From Halorarum halobium (GTDB lineage: Archaea > Halobacteriota > Halobacteria > Halobacteriales > Haloferacaceae), in contig NZ_CP134949.1 of assembly GCF_032116555.1 (NCBI RefSeq), forward strand, positions 3,038,001 to 3,102,000: a DNA stretch of 64,000 bases. The letters are read 5' to 3'. The translations under genes and the position numbers were made by a program. Below, piece by piece: positions 9,375-20,374 of this stretch. The number at the start of each line of letters is the position of its first letter. Position 1 is the stretch's first letter. The notes beneath the pieces are model-generated. The model saw nothing but the letters and a program-made list of their open reading frames with translations. It searched no databases and was not told where the DNA came from.

Positions 9375-12300
9375 ATGAGGCGGGTCCTCTCGCTCGCCGT
9401 CGTGGTGGTCGTCCTGCTCGGGAGCGTCACGGTCGCCGGGACGGCACCCTTGGCCGGGGTCGCGGCCGCGGCCGGCAACGGCGCGACCCTCTCGGTGACG
9501 ACCGTCTCGACGAACGGGCCGGTCGACGCCGGCGGGACCCTGACGGTCGAAGCGACGGTCGAGAACGTCGGCGACGACGCCGGGGGAACGCCCGTCAGCC
9601 TCGCCGTGAACGGGACGAACGTGGACGACGAGACGGTTTCGCTTGCGGCGGGCGCGAACGAGACGGTCACGCTCTCGTACGACGTGCCGTCCGGCGCGGA
9701 CACCGGATCGCTCGTCGCCACCGTCTCGACGGCGAACGACAGCGCGGAGCGGACGGTCTCGGTCGACGGCAACGAGACGCTGTCGGGGACGCTGACCGAC
9801 GGCGCGACCGGCGACGCGCTCCCGGGCGTGACCGTGACGGTGGACGACGGCGAGCGCACCCGGACCGTCCAGACCGACGCCAGCGGCACGTACTCGGTGA
9901 CGGTGCTGAACGCCTCGGCGGTCACGGTCTCGGCGACCGCGACCGTCGCCGGGGTCGAGGAGTCCGTCGAGATCAACGGGTCGAACGCGACGACCGTCGA
10001 CGGCCCGACGACGCTCGACCTCGAACTGTATCCCGAACTGCCCGGATCGGGGACGGAGGACGATCCGTATCAGATCGGGAACGCCCGCGAGTTGCAGGCG
10101 ATGAGTCAGGACCTCTCGGGGCACTACGTACTCGTCGACGACGTGAACGCGAGCGGGGCGGCCGACTGGAACGGCGGGAAGGGGTTCGATCCGGTCGGGA
10201 CGACGGACGACCTTACTGATCCGGACCCAGCGACCATGTTCGCGGGGTCCCTCGACGGGCAAGACCGGTCGATAACGGGCCTCTCGATCAACCGCTCTAA
10301 CGAACTGGCCGTCGGACTGTTCGGTGCGGCAAGCGATCCGACGGTCTCGAACGTCTCGCTCGTCGACCTCGACGTGACTGGGGCGTCGCTCGATGACGTT
10401 GGAGATATCACCGCGACTGGCGGACTAGTCGGAGTAACTGCTGGCCTCGACGCGTCTTCGATTGATGCGTCAGGTTCTGTTAGTACAGGTCATTTACAAG
10501 GCGGCCTCGTCGGCGGTTGGTTTGACTCGAATAACCCGATGTCTCTCGAACTCAACAACGTCAGTTCAACCGTCGACGTGACCACCGACGAGATTACGTA
10601 TAGCAGTGGTGGGGTCGTCGGAATCTGGAGGGGTCCAGCGACGATCAAGGACTCTCGGGCAACCGGTGATGTTGTTGGCATTGGAGCTAGCGCCGGCGGA
10701 TTTGCCGGGTCCCTAGATCGAGCGGAACTCACCAACGTCTCGGCGACTGGAACCGTACGGCCGCCGGACGGTAAACAGGTCAACAGAGCTGGCGGGCTCG
10801 TTGGTGAGCTCGAAGATGGAAACGTTAGCCGCTCGGCTGCAACCGGCGATGTGCGCACTGACGGCGGAAATTACGCTGGTGGATTGATCGGTGATAGCGA
10901 CGGAATGGTTTCCATCAACGAGTCATACACGACGGGGAACGTGAGCGGTGAGAGCTATGCTGGTGGGCTTATTGGCACCGATGCCGTGGAGATTTCGAAC
11001 TCCTACGCCACCGGAACGGTAGAGAGTAACAACTGGGCCGGAGGTTTCGTCGGGAGCGAAGCAGCCAGCATTTCCAACTCCTACGCCACAGGGTCCGTTA
11101 ACGGCAGCGACGTCGGCGGTATCGCCGGTGAATTAGTCAGTGAAATGACGAACGTCTACTGGAACGCGAGCACGGCGGCGAACGCTACCACTTCCGGTGC
11201 CGCTACGGGAGCAACTGGTCTCACGCCCGCTCAGATGACCGGCGCGAACGCCACTAAGCACATGGACGGCCTCGACCACGAGACGACCTGGCTCGCAGTC
11301 GAGGACGAGGACACGTATCCGGTGCTCGGCTGGCAGGTCGAGTCATACGACCTCGCACTCGCCGACGACGAAATCGACGTGGGGAACACAACCGAGGCGA
11401 CGGTCGACGTCACGTTAGCCGACGGCACACAGGCGACCGCGACGGCCACCTCGAACTACACCACCGAGGGCAACGTCTCGGTCGACGACGGGACCGTCAC
11501 CGCTGACACCTACGGGACTGACACCGTGATCGCTTCCGGGGGCGGCCTGTCCGATTCGGCGTCGATCACCGCGCTCGGGTCGGGTTTCCAGGTCGAGAGC
11601 GTCGACGGCCCGGCCGACGTGAACGCCGACGAGACGTACTCGTTCGAGGCGACCGTCGCGAACGTCGGTAACGTCGAGGGGACCGGGAACGTCACGCTCT
11701 CGTTCGACGGCACCGAGCTAACCGACGAATCGGTGACGCTCGCCGCGGGCGAGCGTAGGACGATTACCGTGGAGTACACGATTCCCGCTGACGCCGACAC
11801 CGGCACGGTCGACCTGAACGCGACCACGCCCGACGATAACGCGACCGCGGCGGTCGCGGTCAACGGGTACCGGACGCTCTCGGGCACGCTCACTGACGGC
11901 GTGAGCGGCGAGAAACTCTCGGGCGTCGACGTACTCGTCGACGGTGTTGTCGTCGCTACTACGAACGCCAGCGGCTACTACGAGGGCCAGGCTCACGACA
12001 ACGCGACCGTCGAGGCCGGCGCGACGGCGACCGTCGTGGGAGCCGAGGGTGACGTCGAGATCACGGCGACGAACGGGACGACCATCGTCGGGAACACGAC
12101 CGCGAACCTGACGCTGTGGGCGGAACTCGACGGCGATGGAACCGAACAGTCGCCGTACGAGATCGGGAACGCCTACGAACTTCAGGCGATGAGCCAGGAC
12201 CTCTCGGCGAACTACACGCTCGTCTCCGACGTAGACGCGAGCGGAACTGCTGCGTGGAACGACGGCGCGGGCTTCGACCCGATCGCCGGCGATAACGACG

Positions 12301-15300
12301 TGATTTTCTCGGGGACCTTCGATGGCGACGATCACGCCGTCGAGAAACTGGCGATCGATCGCCCCGGAGAGAACAACGTCGGACTGTTCGGTACGACGAA
12401 CGGGACCATCCACGACGTCGCGCTCGCGAATGCGTCGGTCGTCGGAGACAACCGCGTCGGTGGCCTGGTTGGGATTAACGAGGGAGCGATCACGAACGCG
12501 ACGGTGAGCGGATCGGTTCGTGGAACCACTCCAGTCGGCGGATTAGTTGGCGATTTGGAGGCCCCCGTCACGAACGTCTCCGCCACGGCGAACGTGAACG
12601 GTTCGAGAGCGGTTGGTGGACTCGTCGGCGAGCAGAGTACCCACGGGGCGATCGATCGCTCGTGGGCGAGCGGAACCGTGACGGGAACCAGTAGTGATAT
12701 CGGCGGACTGATCGGGCAGTCTCAGGGATACCCGTCCGTCACCAACTCGTGGGCGAGCGGCGACGTAATCGGTGACGGGGCCACCGGATACGTCGGCGGA
12801 TTCGGTGGGAACATCGAACCGGTCCTGTCGAACGTGAGCGCCACCGGCGACGTGACGGCACCGGACGCCGACAGCGTTGGCGGGCTCGTCGGGGCGGCAG
12901 CCGCGGGAGAAATCACGAACACGCGGGCCAGCGGGAACGTAACCGGCGACGAAGAAGTCGGCGGCCTGATCGGTTACGCGTACGAGACCTCCCGATCGTA
13001 CGCGACCGGGACCGTGACCGGCAACGCATCGGTCGGCGGGGCCATCGGATATATTTCGTCCTACGGCTCGACTACCGACGTCTACTGGGACGTGAACGCG
13101 ACGGGCCGGATCGCCTCCGCCGGCAACGCGACCGGGCTCACGACCGCGAACATGACCGGCGCGAACGCCACCGAGAACATGGCCCTGGACTTCGAAACAG
13201 CCTGGGGGCCGACGACCGGCTATCCCCACCTCCGCTGGAACGACGCCCGGGCGGAACCCGTCTTCGCGGTGACGACCGTCGAGCCACCGGCCACCGTCGC
13301 CGCGAACCGGACGCTCGCCGCGAACGCGACCGTCGAGAACGTCGGTGCCGCCGACGGGGCGAAGGACGTGACCCTCTCGTTCGACGGCACCCCGATCGCC
13401 ACGAAGTCGGTGACGCTCGCCGCGGGCGCGAACGAGACGGTCAGCATCGAGGGCCTCGTGCCCGCAGACACCGCGCCCGGCGAGTACGAGGTCCTCGTCA
13501 CGTCACCGGCCGGCGGCGCGGCCAGCGCGACCGTCGAGGTGAAGACGCTCAACACGCTCTCCGGGACGGTCACCGACGGCGTGTCGGGCGATGCGCTCGA
13601 CGACGAGACGGTGGTGGTCGAGTACGCCTCCGGAAGGGCGAAAACGGTCCAGACCGACGCCACGGGCTCGTACACCGTCGAGGTGTTCGACGGGAGCGAG
13701 GTGACCGTCTCCGCTAACGTGACCGCCGACGCGATCGAGAACCCGCAGATCAACGACTCCGCGACATTCACCGTCGATGGCGACGAGACGGTCTCCCTCG
13801 AACTGTGGCCCGAACTCGACGGCGAGGGGACCGAGGCGAACCCGTACGAGATCTCGAACGCCTACGAGTTGCAGGCGATGAATCGGGACCGGTCGGCCGA
13901 CTATCAACTCGTCGAGGACGTCGACGCGAGCGGGACTGCCGAATGGAACGACGGGAAGGGGTTCGACCCGGTCGGCGACAGCCTCGCCGCCAGTTTCACG
14001 GGGACCCTCGACGGTGACGGGCACACGATCACGGAGATGACCATCGACCGGCCTGCAGGGAGCAACGTCGGGTTGTTCGGCTTCATGAACGGTCACGTCT
14101 CGAACGCCACGATACGTGACGCGACCGTTACCGGCGACGAGTCGGTCGGCGGACTCGCCGGCGACCTCTTCGGTTCGGTGACCAACCTGTCGGTGTCTGC
14201 GAACGTCAGCGGCACCGAAAACGTGGGTGGCATCGTCGGCTATCACTCGGGGACGGTGGACGCATCGGCTGTTTCGGGGACCGTCAGTGGAACCGAGGAC
14301 GTGGGCGGGCTCGGTGGCAACGCGGATTCATCGGCAACGGTAACTGATTCCCACGCCGCAAGCACCGTCAGCGGGGCCGAAGAGGTGGGCGGACTCGTTG
14401 GCTCCCTCGCGAATGCAGGAACAGTCGAGAACTCCTACGCGATCGGCGACGTTTCCGGCGACTCCCAGGTTGGCGGTCTCCTCGGGAGCGCGGGTTCGTA
14501 TTCGACGGTCACCGACGCCTACTGGGACGTGGACGCGACGAACCAGTCAACCTCCGCCGACGACGCAATCGGACTCACCACCGACCAACTGACCGGCGTC
14601 GCACCGCTTCAGACCATGTCCGGGTTCGACTTCGAGACCACCTGGCAGCTCTCCACCGGCTACCCGCAACTCCGGTCCCAGGGGCTCGCACCCGTCGGCC
14701 CGCTCGCCATCGAGCACGTCGAGGCCGACGGCGAGGTCGTCGAGGGCCGTCCGCTCGCGGTGACCGTGACCGTCGAGAACGTCGGTGACGCGACCTCGGA
14801 CGGACGGGTGAGGCTGGCCGCCGGCGGCGAGACGGTGAACCGATCGGCCGAACTGGCGCTCGCTCCGGGGGAGAACCGGACTGTCACCCTCGAATGGACT
14901 CCGGAGGACGTATCCTCGGGCACGCACGCGCTGACCGTCGCGTCCGCCTACGACGACGACGCCACGACCGTCCAGGTCGTGGGTATCGGTTCGGTCGAGG
15001 GCACCGTCACCGACGACGTGACCGGCGAGCCGATCGCGGACGCGACCGTCACCGTCGGGAACGGCACGTACGGGCCGTACGACGCGACGACCGGCGCGGA
15101 CGGGTCGTTCGCGCTCGCGGACGTGCCAGCGGGCGATTACGAGGTGACCGTCGACGCCGACGGCTATCACGGCGAGACGACGGCGGACGTCGCGGTCCAC
15201 GACGGTGACGCGACGGACCTCGGGACGCGAACGCTGACGGGCAACGCTTCGATCAGCGGGACCGTCGACGGAGCGCTCTTCGACACCCCGCTCGGGAACG

Positions 15301-17138
15301 CCACTGTGACGGCCGCGAACCCCGGCGGAACGTACACCGCACGGACCGCCGTCGACGGCACGTACACCATCGACGGCGTCCCCGGGACCGGCGACGCGTA
15401 CGCCATCGTCGCCGACGCGAACGGATACGAGCCGAACGCGACGGCCCACACGCCCGTGACCGTGTTCGAGGGCGCGGCCGTCACCGGAATCGACGCCGCG
15501 CTCGCCGGCGACGCCACGCTCGACGCGACCGTCCTCGACGCGCGGGCCGTCGGCACCCACGGCATCGAGGACGCCGACCTGCGACTCACGCGGACCGCGG
15601 ACGGCGCGTCCGTCACGTTCGAACACGCGACCGACGCGAACGGGACCTTCTCGCGCGCCGTCCCCGGTACGGGGGCCGACTACGAACTGGCGGTCGCGGC
15701 CGACGGTTACCTGTCCGCGAGCGAGGCGGTCGGCACCGTCGGCGGGGGCGACTCCGTCGGCGTCGACGCCGAACTCGTCGGCGACGCCACGGTCGCCGGA
15801 ACCGTCACCGACGACGTCACCGGCGAACCCGTCGCGAACGCGACCGTCACCGTCGGGGACGGAAACGGAACGTACCGCGCCGAGACCGACGTCGACGGCG
15901 CGTACGCGGTCACGGTTCCGGGGACGGGCAGCGACTACGCGGTGACCGCCCAGCCGGACGCCCCGTTCCGGACGGCGGGCGCGACGAACGCCACCGTCGA
16001 CTCCAACCGGACCGTCACGGCGGACCTCGCGCTCGGACGGGTGTCGACGTACGTCGCCGTCGACGCGCTCGGTTCGCCCGGCACGGTCGAGGAGGACGAC
16101 CGCTTCACCGTGACCGCCACGGTGACGAACCTCGGCGCCGACGGCGGAAACGCGACCGTGGAGTACCGCCGCAACGGCACCGTCGTCGACTCGGCGACCG
16201 TCTCGCCGGACGCCGGGAACGCGACGGTCGTCACGTTCGAGGACGCAATCGGCGAGCCGGGGACGTACGTGCTCGGGGTCCGAACCGCGGACGAGACGGT
16301 CTCGAACTCGATCGACGCCACCCGAGCGACCGGTGGCGGCGGCTCCGACGACGACGGTGGTTCCGCCGGCGACGACGACGGGTCGGCTTCCTCCGGCGAG
16401 CCGGACGACGTGGCGACGGTGGCCGCCGAGATGGACACCGACGGCCACGCCACCGCGACCGTCTCGGACGGTGCCACGGGGACGGTCCGAGTCGAACTCG
16501 GCGACCTCGTTCGAGACGACGCGAGCGGCACCGCGATCACGCGGGTCGACCTCTCGCTCGACCGGGGCGGGAGCGACGTCACGTTTACCGCCGACTCGCT
16601 GTCCGAGCGGCCGGCGGGGACGAGCGGCTTCAGGCCGGAAGGCGGTGCTTCCGCGTCCGAGGCACTCGCTTACTTCGAGCTGACCGCCACGGGCGAGGAC
16701 GGGGACGATAGCCAGCGTCTCGACTCGGCGACGGTCCGCTTCGCGGTCGAGGCCGACCGGCTCGAAGGGGACGAACTCGACCGCGAGAACGTCGTCCTCC
16801 ACCGGTTCGACGAGGACGACGGGGAGTGGGAGGCGCTGGAGACTGCGGCCGTCGAAACGACGGACGGGCGGGTCGTCTACGAGGCGACCACCCCGGGCTT
16901 CTCGGTGTTCGCGGTCGGCGCGGGGAACGGCTCCGCCGACGACCCCGGTGGCGCGTCGACACCCGACGGCGGTACAATCCTGACCGAGTCACCGACGCCG
17001 ACGGGAACGCAGCCGTCGAGCGTCGGCACTACCGACGCGGACCAACGGTCGACGAACACCGAGGGTCCCGGGTTCGGGGGTGCCGTCACGCTCCTCGCGC
17101 TCCTCTCCGTCGCGTTCGTCGTTCGGCGGAGGGCGTAG
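9375..17138 (+). CDS. Giant cell-surface protein (2587 aa): signal peptide, CARDB/Ig-like and carboxypeptidase-regulatory-like repeats, three GLUG-repeat modules, PGF-pre-PGF domain, PGF-CTERM anchor
   Basis: Hydrophobic N-terminus. Three 'G.GTE..PY.I.NA.ELQAM' module heads are each followed by GGLVG repeats. Also 'ATVENVG' CARDB-like repeats, 'YEATTPGFSVFAVG', C-terminal 'GPGFG'+TM+RRR, and many N-x-S/T sequons. Confidence 0.9.
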   Translation: MRRVLSLAVVVVVLLGSVTVAGTAPLAGVAAAAGNGATLSVTTVSTNGPVDAGGTLTVEATVENVGDDAGGTPVSLAVNGTNVDDETVSLAAGANETVTLSYDVPSGADTGSLVATVSTANDSAERTVSVDGNETLSGTLTDGATGDALPGVTVTVDDGERTRTVQTDASGTYSVTVLNASAVTVSATATVAGVEESVEINGSNATTVDGPTTLDLELYPELPGSGTEDDPYQIGNARELQAMSQDLSGHYVLVDDVNASGAADWNGGKGFDPVGTTDDLTDPDPATMFAGSLDGQDRSITGLSINRSNELAVGLFGAASDPTVSNVSLVDLDVTGASLDDVGDITATGGLVGVTAGLDASSIDASGSVSTGHLQGGLVGGWFDSNNPMSLELNNVSSTVDVTTDEITYSSGGVVGIWRGPATIKDSRATGDVVGIGASAGGFAGSLDRAELTNVSATGTVRPPDGKQVNRAGGLVGELEDGNVSRSAATGDVRTDGGNYAGGLIGDSDGMVSINESYTTGNVSGESYAGGLIGTDAVEISNSYATGTVESNNWAGGFVGSEAASISNSYATGSVNGSDVGGIAGELVSEMTNVYWNASTAANATTSGAATGATGLTPAQMTGANATKHMDGLDHETTWLAVEDEDTYPVLGWQVESYDLALADDEIDVGNTTEATVDVTLADGTQATATATSNYTTEGNVSVDDGTVTADTYGTDTVIASGGGLSDSASITALGSGFQVESVDGPADVNADETYSFEATVANVGNVEGTGNVTLSFDGTELTDESVTLAAGERRTITVEYTIPADADTGTVDLNATTPDDNATAAVAVNGYRTLSGTLTDGVSGEKLSGVDVLVDGVVVATTNASGYYEGQAHDNATVEAGATATVVGAEGDVEITATNGTTIVGNTTANLTLWAELDGDGTEQSPYEIGNAYELQAMSQDLSANYTLVSDVDASGTAAWNDGAGFDPIAGDNDVIFSGTFDGDDHAVEKLAIDRPGENNVGLFGTTNGTIHDVALANASVVGDNRVGGLVGINEGAITNATVSGSVRGTTPVGGLVGDLEAPVTNVSATANVNGSRAVGGLVGEQSTHGAIDRSWASGTVTGTSSDIGGLIGQSQGYPSVTNSWASGDVIGDGATGYVGGFGGNIEPVLSNVSATGDVTAPDADSVGGLVGAAAAGEITNTRASGNVTGDEEVGGLIGYAYETSRSYATGTVTGNASVGGAIGYISSYGSTTDVYWDVNATGRIASAGNATGLTTANMTGANATENMALDFETAWGPTTGYPHLRWNDARAEPVFAVTTVEPPATVAANRTLAANATVENVGAADGAKDVTLSFDGTPIATKSVTLAAGANETVSIEGLVPADTAPGEYEVLVTSPAGGAASATVEVKTLNTLSGTVTDGVSGDALDDETVVVEYASGRAKTVQTDATGSYTVEVFDGSEVTVSANVTADAIENPQINDSATFTVDGDETVSLELWPELDGEGTEANPYEISNAYELQAMNRDRSADYQLVEDVDASGTAEWNDGKGFDPVGDSLAASFTGTLDGDGHTITEMTIDRPAGSNVGLFGFMNGHVSNATIRDATVTGDESVGGLAGDLFGSVTNLSVSANVSGTENVGGIVGYHSGTVDASAVSGTVSGTEDVGGLGGNADSSATVTDSHAASTVSGAEEVGGLVGSLANAGTVENSYAIGDVSGDSQVGGLLGSAGSYSTVTDAYWDVDATNQSTSADDAIGLTTDQLTGVAPLQTMSGFDFETTWQLSTGYPQLRSQGLAPVGPLAIEHVEADGEVVEGRPLAVTVTVENVGDATSDGRVRLAAGGETVNRSAELALAPGENRTVTLEWTPEDVSSGTHALTVASAYDDDATTVQVVGIGSVEGTVTDDVTGEPIADATVTVGNGTYGPYDATTGADGSFALADVPAGDYEVTVDADGYHGETTADVAVHDGDATDLGTRTLTGNASISGTVDGALFDTPLGNATVTAANPGGTYTARTAVDGTYTIDGVPGTGDAYAIVADANGYEPNATAHTPVTVFEGAAVTGIDAALAGDATLDATVLDARAVGTHGIEDADLRLTRTADGASVTFEHATDANGTFSRAVPGTGADYELAVAADGYLSASEAVGTVGGGDSVGVDAELVGDATVAGTVTDDVTGEPVANATVTVGDGNGTYRAETDVDGAYAVTVPGTGSDYAVTAQPDAPFRTAGATNATVDSNRTVTADLALGRVSTYVAVDALGSPGTVEEDDRFTVTATVTNLGADGGNATVEYRRNGTVVDSATVSPDAGNATVVTFEDAIGEPGTYVLGVRTADETVSNSIDATRATGGGGSDDDGGSAGDDDGSASSGEPDDVATVAAEMDTDGHATATVSDGATGTVRVELGDLVRDDASGTAITRVDLSLDRGGSDVTFTADSLSERPAGTSGFRPEGGASASEALAYFELTATGEDGDDSQRLDSATVRFAVEADRLEGDELDRENVVLHRFDEDDGEWEALETAAVETTDGRVVYEATTPGFSVFAVGAGNGSADDPGGASTPDGGTILTESPTPTGTQPSSVGTTDADQRSTNTEGPGFGGAVTLLALLSVAFVVRRRA

Positions 17139-17413
17139 GGACCGTCCCTCTCGGCTCCGCCCCGTCCGCGACTCGTCGGTCGGCCACCGACCGATCGCGG
17201 CACGCCCTCGGGCGGCCGTCCCTCGTGTCCGAGTGTCCGCTACTCGACACGTGTCGCGTCGCGGGAACCGGCACACCGGGAGTTCCGCCTCCCGCGCCAG
17301 CACCAACACTGAACGGAGGACGGCCCGGACCGGCACTCGCTGCCCGAGCCCGACGTGGTCCCGGAAGAGATACATAACGGTAGAGCTACACTTATCGAGT
17401 TCGTTCCGAGGCC

Positions 17414-17515
17414 ATGGAGCACCCCGAGCACGACCCGCACCAGCTACTGGATCAGACGCCGCTGTTGGAGGCGACCCGCGACGGCCCGCTCGACCGGTCG
17501 AGAAAGGGGGAGTAG
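17414..17515 (+). pseudogene. Probable truncated remnant of a wHTH regulator gene
   Basis: ORF MEHPEHDPHQLLDQTPLLEATRDGPLDRSRKGE* follows an AT-richer promoter-like stretch. 'LLEATRDGPLDR' aligns with 'LLAACRDDALSR' of the 8351..9118 regulator and stops where the HTH would begin. Confidence 0.35.
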
Positions 17516-17677
17516 CAGGTCCGACTTCAGGTGGGGAAGGGGGGAACGAAGCCGGATCGAGGGAGGTGTGCCATCCCCGTCCGTACCCGGACCCCTCCGA
17601 TACTTAACGGAAACTATGACTTCGATCGTCGTTTCAGTTTCCGGGTGCCGAACCGGCGTGGGGCCGGTAGCCGGTCC

Positions 17678-19078
17678 TTACCGCCGGTTCCCGTCGGCGG
17701 GCGGGTCGGAGTCGTCGGTGTTCAGCCCCGCGGGGAACGAGTCGACGACCCGGACCGAGGACTGCGTGCCGGTCACGATCGGCGTGCCGGTCACGTCGAA
17801 CCGCGTGTTCCGGATCGTCCCCCCGGAGTCCGAGACGAACCGGACGCCGTTGCGGTCCCTGCCCGACTGAACGATGGAGCAGTCGTCGATCACGCAGTCG
17901 CTCCGGCCGCTGATCTCCATCGCGCTCCTCGTCGCGGCCGACCCGCGGATCGTGACCGAGTCGAACGTGATCGTCCCGCCCGTCGGGGTGTCGCCCAGGG
18001 GCGGCTTGGCCCTGATCCCGTTGATCCCGTCGGCGTCGACCCGGATGTCGGTGTCCCGGACCGTCCCCGAGACCAGCCGGTCCCCGAGCGTGATCGCGCC
18101 CCCGCTCCCGGACACCGTCCGGAGTTCGATCGTGCAGTCCTCGACCCGCACGCCGTCCCCGTGCGTGAGTCGGATGCCGCGCATGTTCTCGTACCCGTCC
18201 GGCGCGGCGTCGTTCCGGACGTGGACGCCGCGGACGACGCTGTCGTTGCCGACCCGGACGTTCGAGATGTCGGAGTTCGCGTAGTAGCCGCCGACGACCT
18301 CAACCCGACCGCGGAGGGGGTCCGCGTAGAGGCCGTTGTCGGGAAAGCCGACGATCAGGCAGTCCGCAAAGCGGAGTTCGCCGCGGTGGTCGTCGCCGAC
18401 GAGACAGCCGTTCGAGGAGGTGTCCCGCACGGCCCCGTCGGGGAGCCGAAGCCGTTCGACGAGCCCTTTCCCCTCCGGGCTGGTTACGTCGGTCCGCAAC
18501 ATTCCGCTGCCGAGACTCTGGGTGCCGGCCACGGTCAAGTCGCGGATGAGCAGTCCGTCGTCAACCAGCGCGCTCACCGGCCGGGAGCCGGCGTCGGCCG
18601 CGCGGAAGTCAAACGCGAGCCCGTCGATCAGCAGGTTCGAGGCCTGCCCGGCGCGGCCGAAGTCGAAGAACGGGTCGTCGAACCCCTCCGGGGGGACGAT
18701 GACCGCGCCGTCGCCGACGAGGCCGACGTTGTCGAACGAGAGGTGCCGGACGGTGTCGTCCACCAGGTAGCGCCCCTTCGGAAGGTACACCAGCGTGTCG
18801 TCGGCCAGGTGCTCCTCGAGCAGCGGGACGACCGACCGCTCCGCGTCCGTGTCGGCCCCGACGGCCGAGAGGTCGACCACCGTCTCGAAGCGGTCGGCGT
18901 ACTCCCCGGCGGCCGCGGGCGTCTCGGTCGCGTCGGCGGTCGGCGAGCTGGCGGGTGAGCGGTCGGCCGGCGGCTCCGTGGTGGTCCGGTCCTCGTCCGG
19001 CAACAGCCCGCCACAGCCGGCGGTCGCCGTCGCCACCCCGGTCGCGCCGAGCGCCTGTAGGAACCGTCGCCTGTCCAT
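17678..19078 (-). CDS. Tat lipoprotein with a right-handed parallel beta-helix (pectin lyase-like) domain
   Basis: 'MDRRRFLQALG...TAGC' Tat signal and lipobox, Thr/Pro linker, 'LVYLPKGRYLV', 'FPDNGLYA' and repeated beta-helix turns. Start set at ATG 19078. Confidence 0.8.
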   Translation of the reverse strand: MDRRRFLQALGATGVATATAGCGGLLPDEDRTTTEPPADRSPASSPTADATETPAAAGEYADRFETVVDLSAVGADTDAERSVVPLLEEHLADDTLVYLPKGRYLVDDTVRHLSFDNVGLVGDGAVIVPPEGFDDPFFDFGRAGQASNLLIDGLAFDFRAADAGSRPVSALVDDGLLIRDLTVAGTQSLGSGMLRTDVTSPEGKGLVERLRLPDGAVRDTSSNGCLVGDDHRGELRFADCLIVGFPDNGLYADPLRGRVEVVGGYYANSDISNVRVGNDSVVRGVHVRNDAAPDGYENMRGIRLTHGDGVRVEDCTIELRTVSGSGGAITLGDRLVSGTVRDTDIRVDADGINGIRAKPPLGDTPTGGTITFDSVTIRGSAATRSAMEISGRSDCVIDDCSIVQSGRDRNGVRFVSDSGGTIRNTRFDVTGTPIVTGTQSSVRVVDSFPAGLNTDDSDPPADGNRR

Positions 19079-19239
19079 GGAAGTCGGTACGCACCGTTCG
19101 GGTCGGATCCACTTCAGTATGGACAGCCAACCACGGGTCGGCGCGGCGGTGGGGGTGTCGACGGGCGTGCGCGGAAGTCGCAACGAATTAGTCACCCACG
19201 GGAGTCGTACCCGAAAATGATCGTCTCCGGTGACCCGCC

Positions 19240-20349
19240 ATGGATCTGATCGACGACGAGGGCGACCTCTTCGGCGTCGTCAACGTCGTCGACGCGCTCG
19301 CCGTCCTGCTCGTGCTCGCCGTCGTCGTGGCCGGCGCGACGTTCGTCCTCCAGCCCGATCCGGAACCGGAACCGCCCGACCGTTCGAGCACCCACGCGAC
19401 CCTCGACCTCGGGACCCAGCCCGACTTCATCGTCGCACAGCTCAACGAGGGCGACAGCTACGAGCCTGCGGCCAACACCAACCTCACGATCACCGACGTC
19501 TCGCTCCAGCCGCGCGGGAACGGTGACACGGCCGTGCTCCTGCGGGTCGAACTCGTCGGGGAGACCGCGACCACCGACAACGGCGAGACCATCACCTACG
19601 CCGACGCGCCGCCCCGCCTCGGCCGCAGCCTCGACGTCGTCACCCCCACCTACCAGGTGAGCGGCACCATCACGGCGCTGGGCAGCGGTCCGACCATCCC
19701 CACCGCGGAGCGCGAGGTCCTGCTCGCGGCGACCGTCGATTCCGAGACCGCCTCCGGCATCCGGACGGGCGACGAGTACACGCTCCGGCAGCGGACCGTC
19801 GGCACCGTCCGGTCGGTCCACGTCTACGGCACCGGCAACCCCGACCGGAAGCGCGTCCTCCTCGGACTGACGCTCGACGCACACGAGACGGGCGACGGGG
19901 CCAGGTTCGCCGGCAGGGACCTGAGGGAGGGCAACTCGGTCCCCTTCCGCACGGCGGACTACTCGCTCTCGGGGACCATCCAGCGGGTCGGCGCGACCGA
20001 GCCGCGCGGCGACCCCGCGACCCGAACCGTCACCCTGCAGCTCCGTGATCTCCCGCCCCAACTCGCGGACAGCGTCCGCGCCGGGATGACCGAGACGGCG
20101 AACGGCGACACCCTCGCGCGCGTCACGGACGTCGAGCGCGACAACGCCACGGTCGTCCTCACCAGCGACGACGGGAACATCTACGAGCGCGAGCACCCCG
20201 TGAACCAGGACCTCACCCTCACGGCCGAGCTCGCGGTCCGGGAGACGTCGACCGGGCTCACGTTCAAGGGCCGCAGCGTCCAGCAGGGGAGCACCGTCGT
20301 CCTCGATCTGGGCAGCGTCACCGTCTCGGCGACCGTCGTCTCGACGTGA
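19240..20349 (+). CDS. DUF4330-like membrane-anchored protein
   Basis: N-terminus 'IDDEGDLFGVVNVVDALAVLLVLAVV' followed by three repeated beta-rich domains. Confidence 0.7.
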   Translation: MDLIDDEGDLFGVVNVVDALAVLLVLAVVVAGATFVLQPDPEPEPPDRSSTHATLDLGTQPDFIVAQLNEGDSYEPAANTNLTITDVSLQPRGNGDTAVLLRVELVGETATTDNGETITYADAPPRLGRSLDVVTPTYQVSGTITALGSGPTIPTAEREVLLAATVDSETASGIRTGDEYTLRQRTVGTVRSVHVYGTGNPDRKRVLLGLTLDAHETGDGARFAGRDLREGNSVPFRTADYSLSGTIQRVGATEPRGDPATRTVTLQLRDLPPQLADSVRAGMTETANGDTLARVTDVERDNATVVLTSDDGNIYEREHPVNQDLTLTAELAVRETSTGLTFKGRSVQQGSTVVLDLGSVTVSATVVST

Positions 20350-20374
20350 TCACCCACACCCCGAGCTCACGCCA

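Noticed and set aside
9375..17138. Diversity-generating retroelement acting on the giant protein
   Set aside because: No reverse transcriptase and no template/variable repeat pair differing at adenines were seen.
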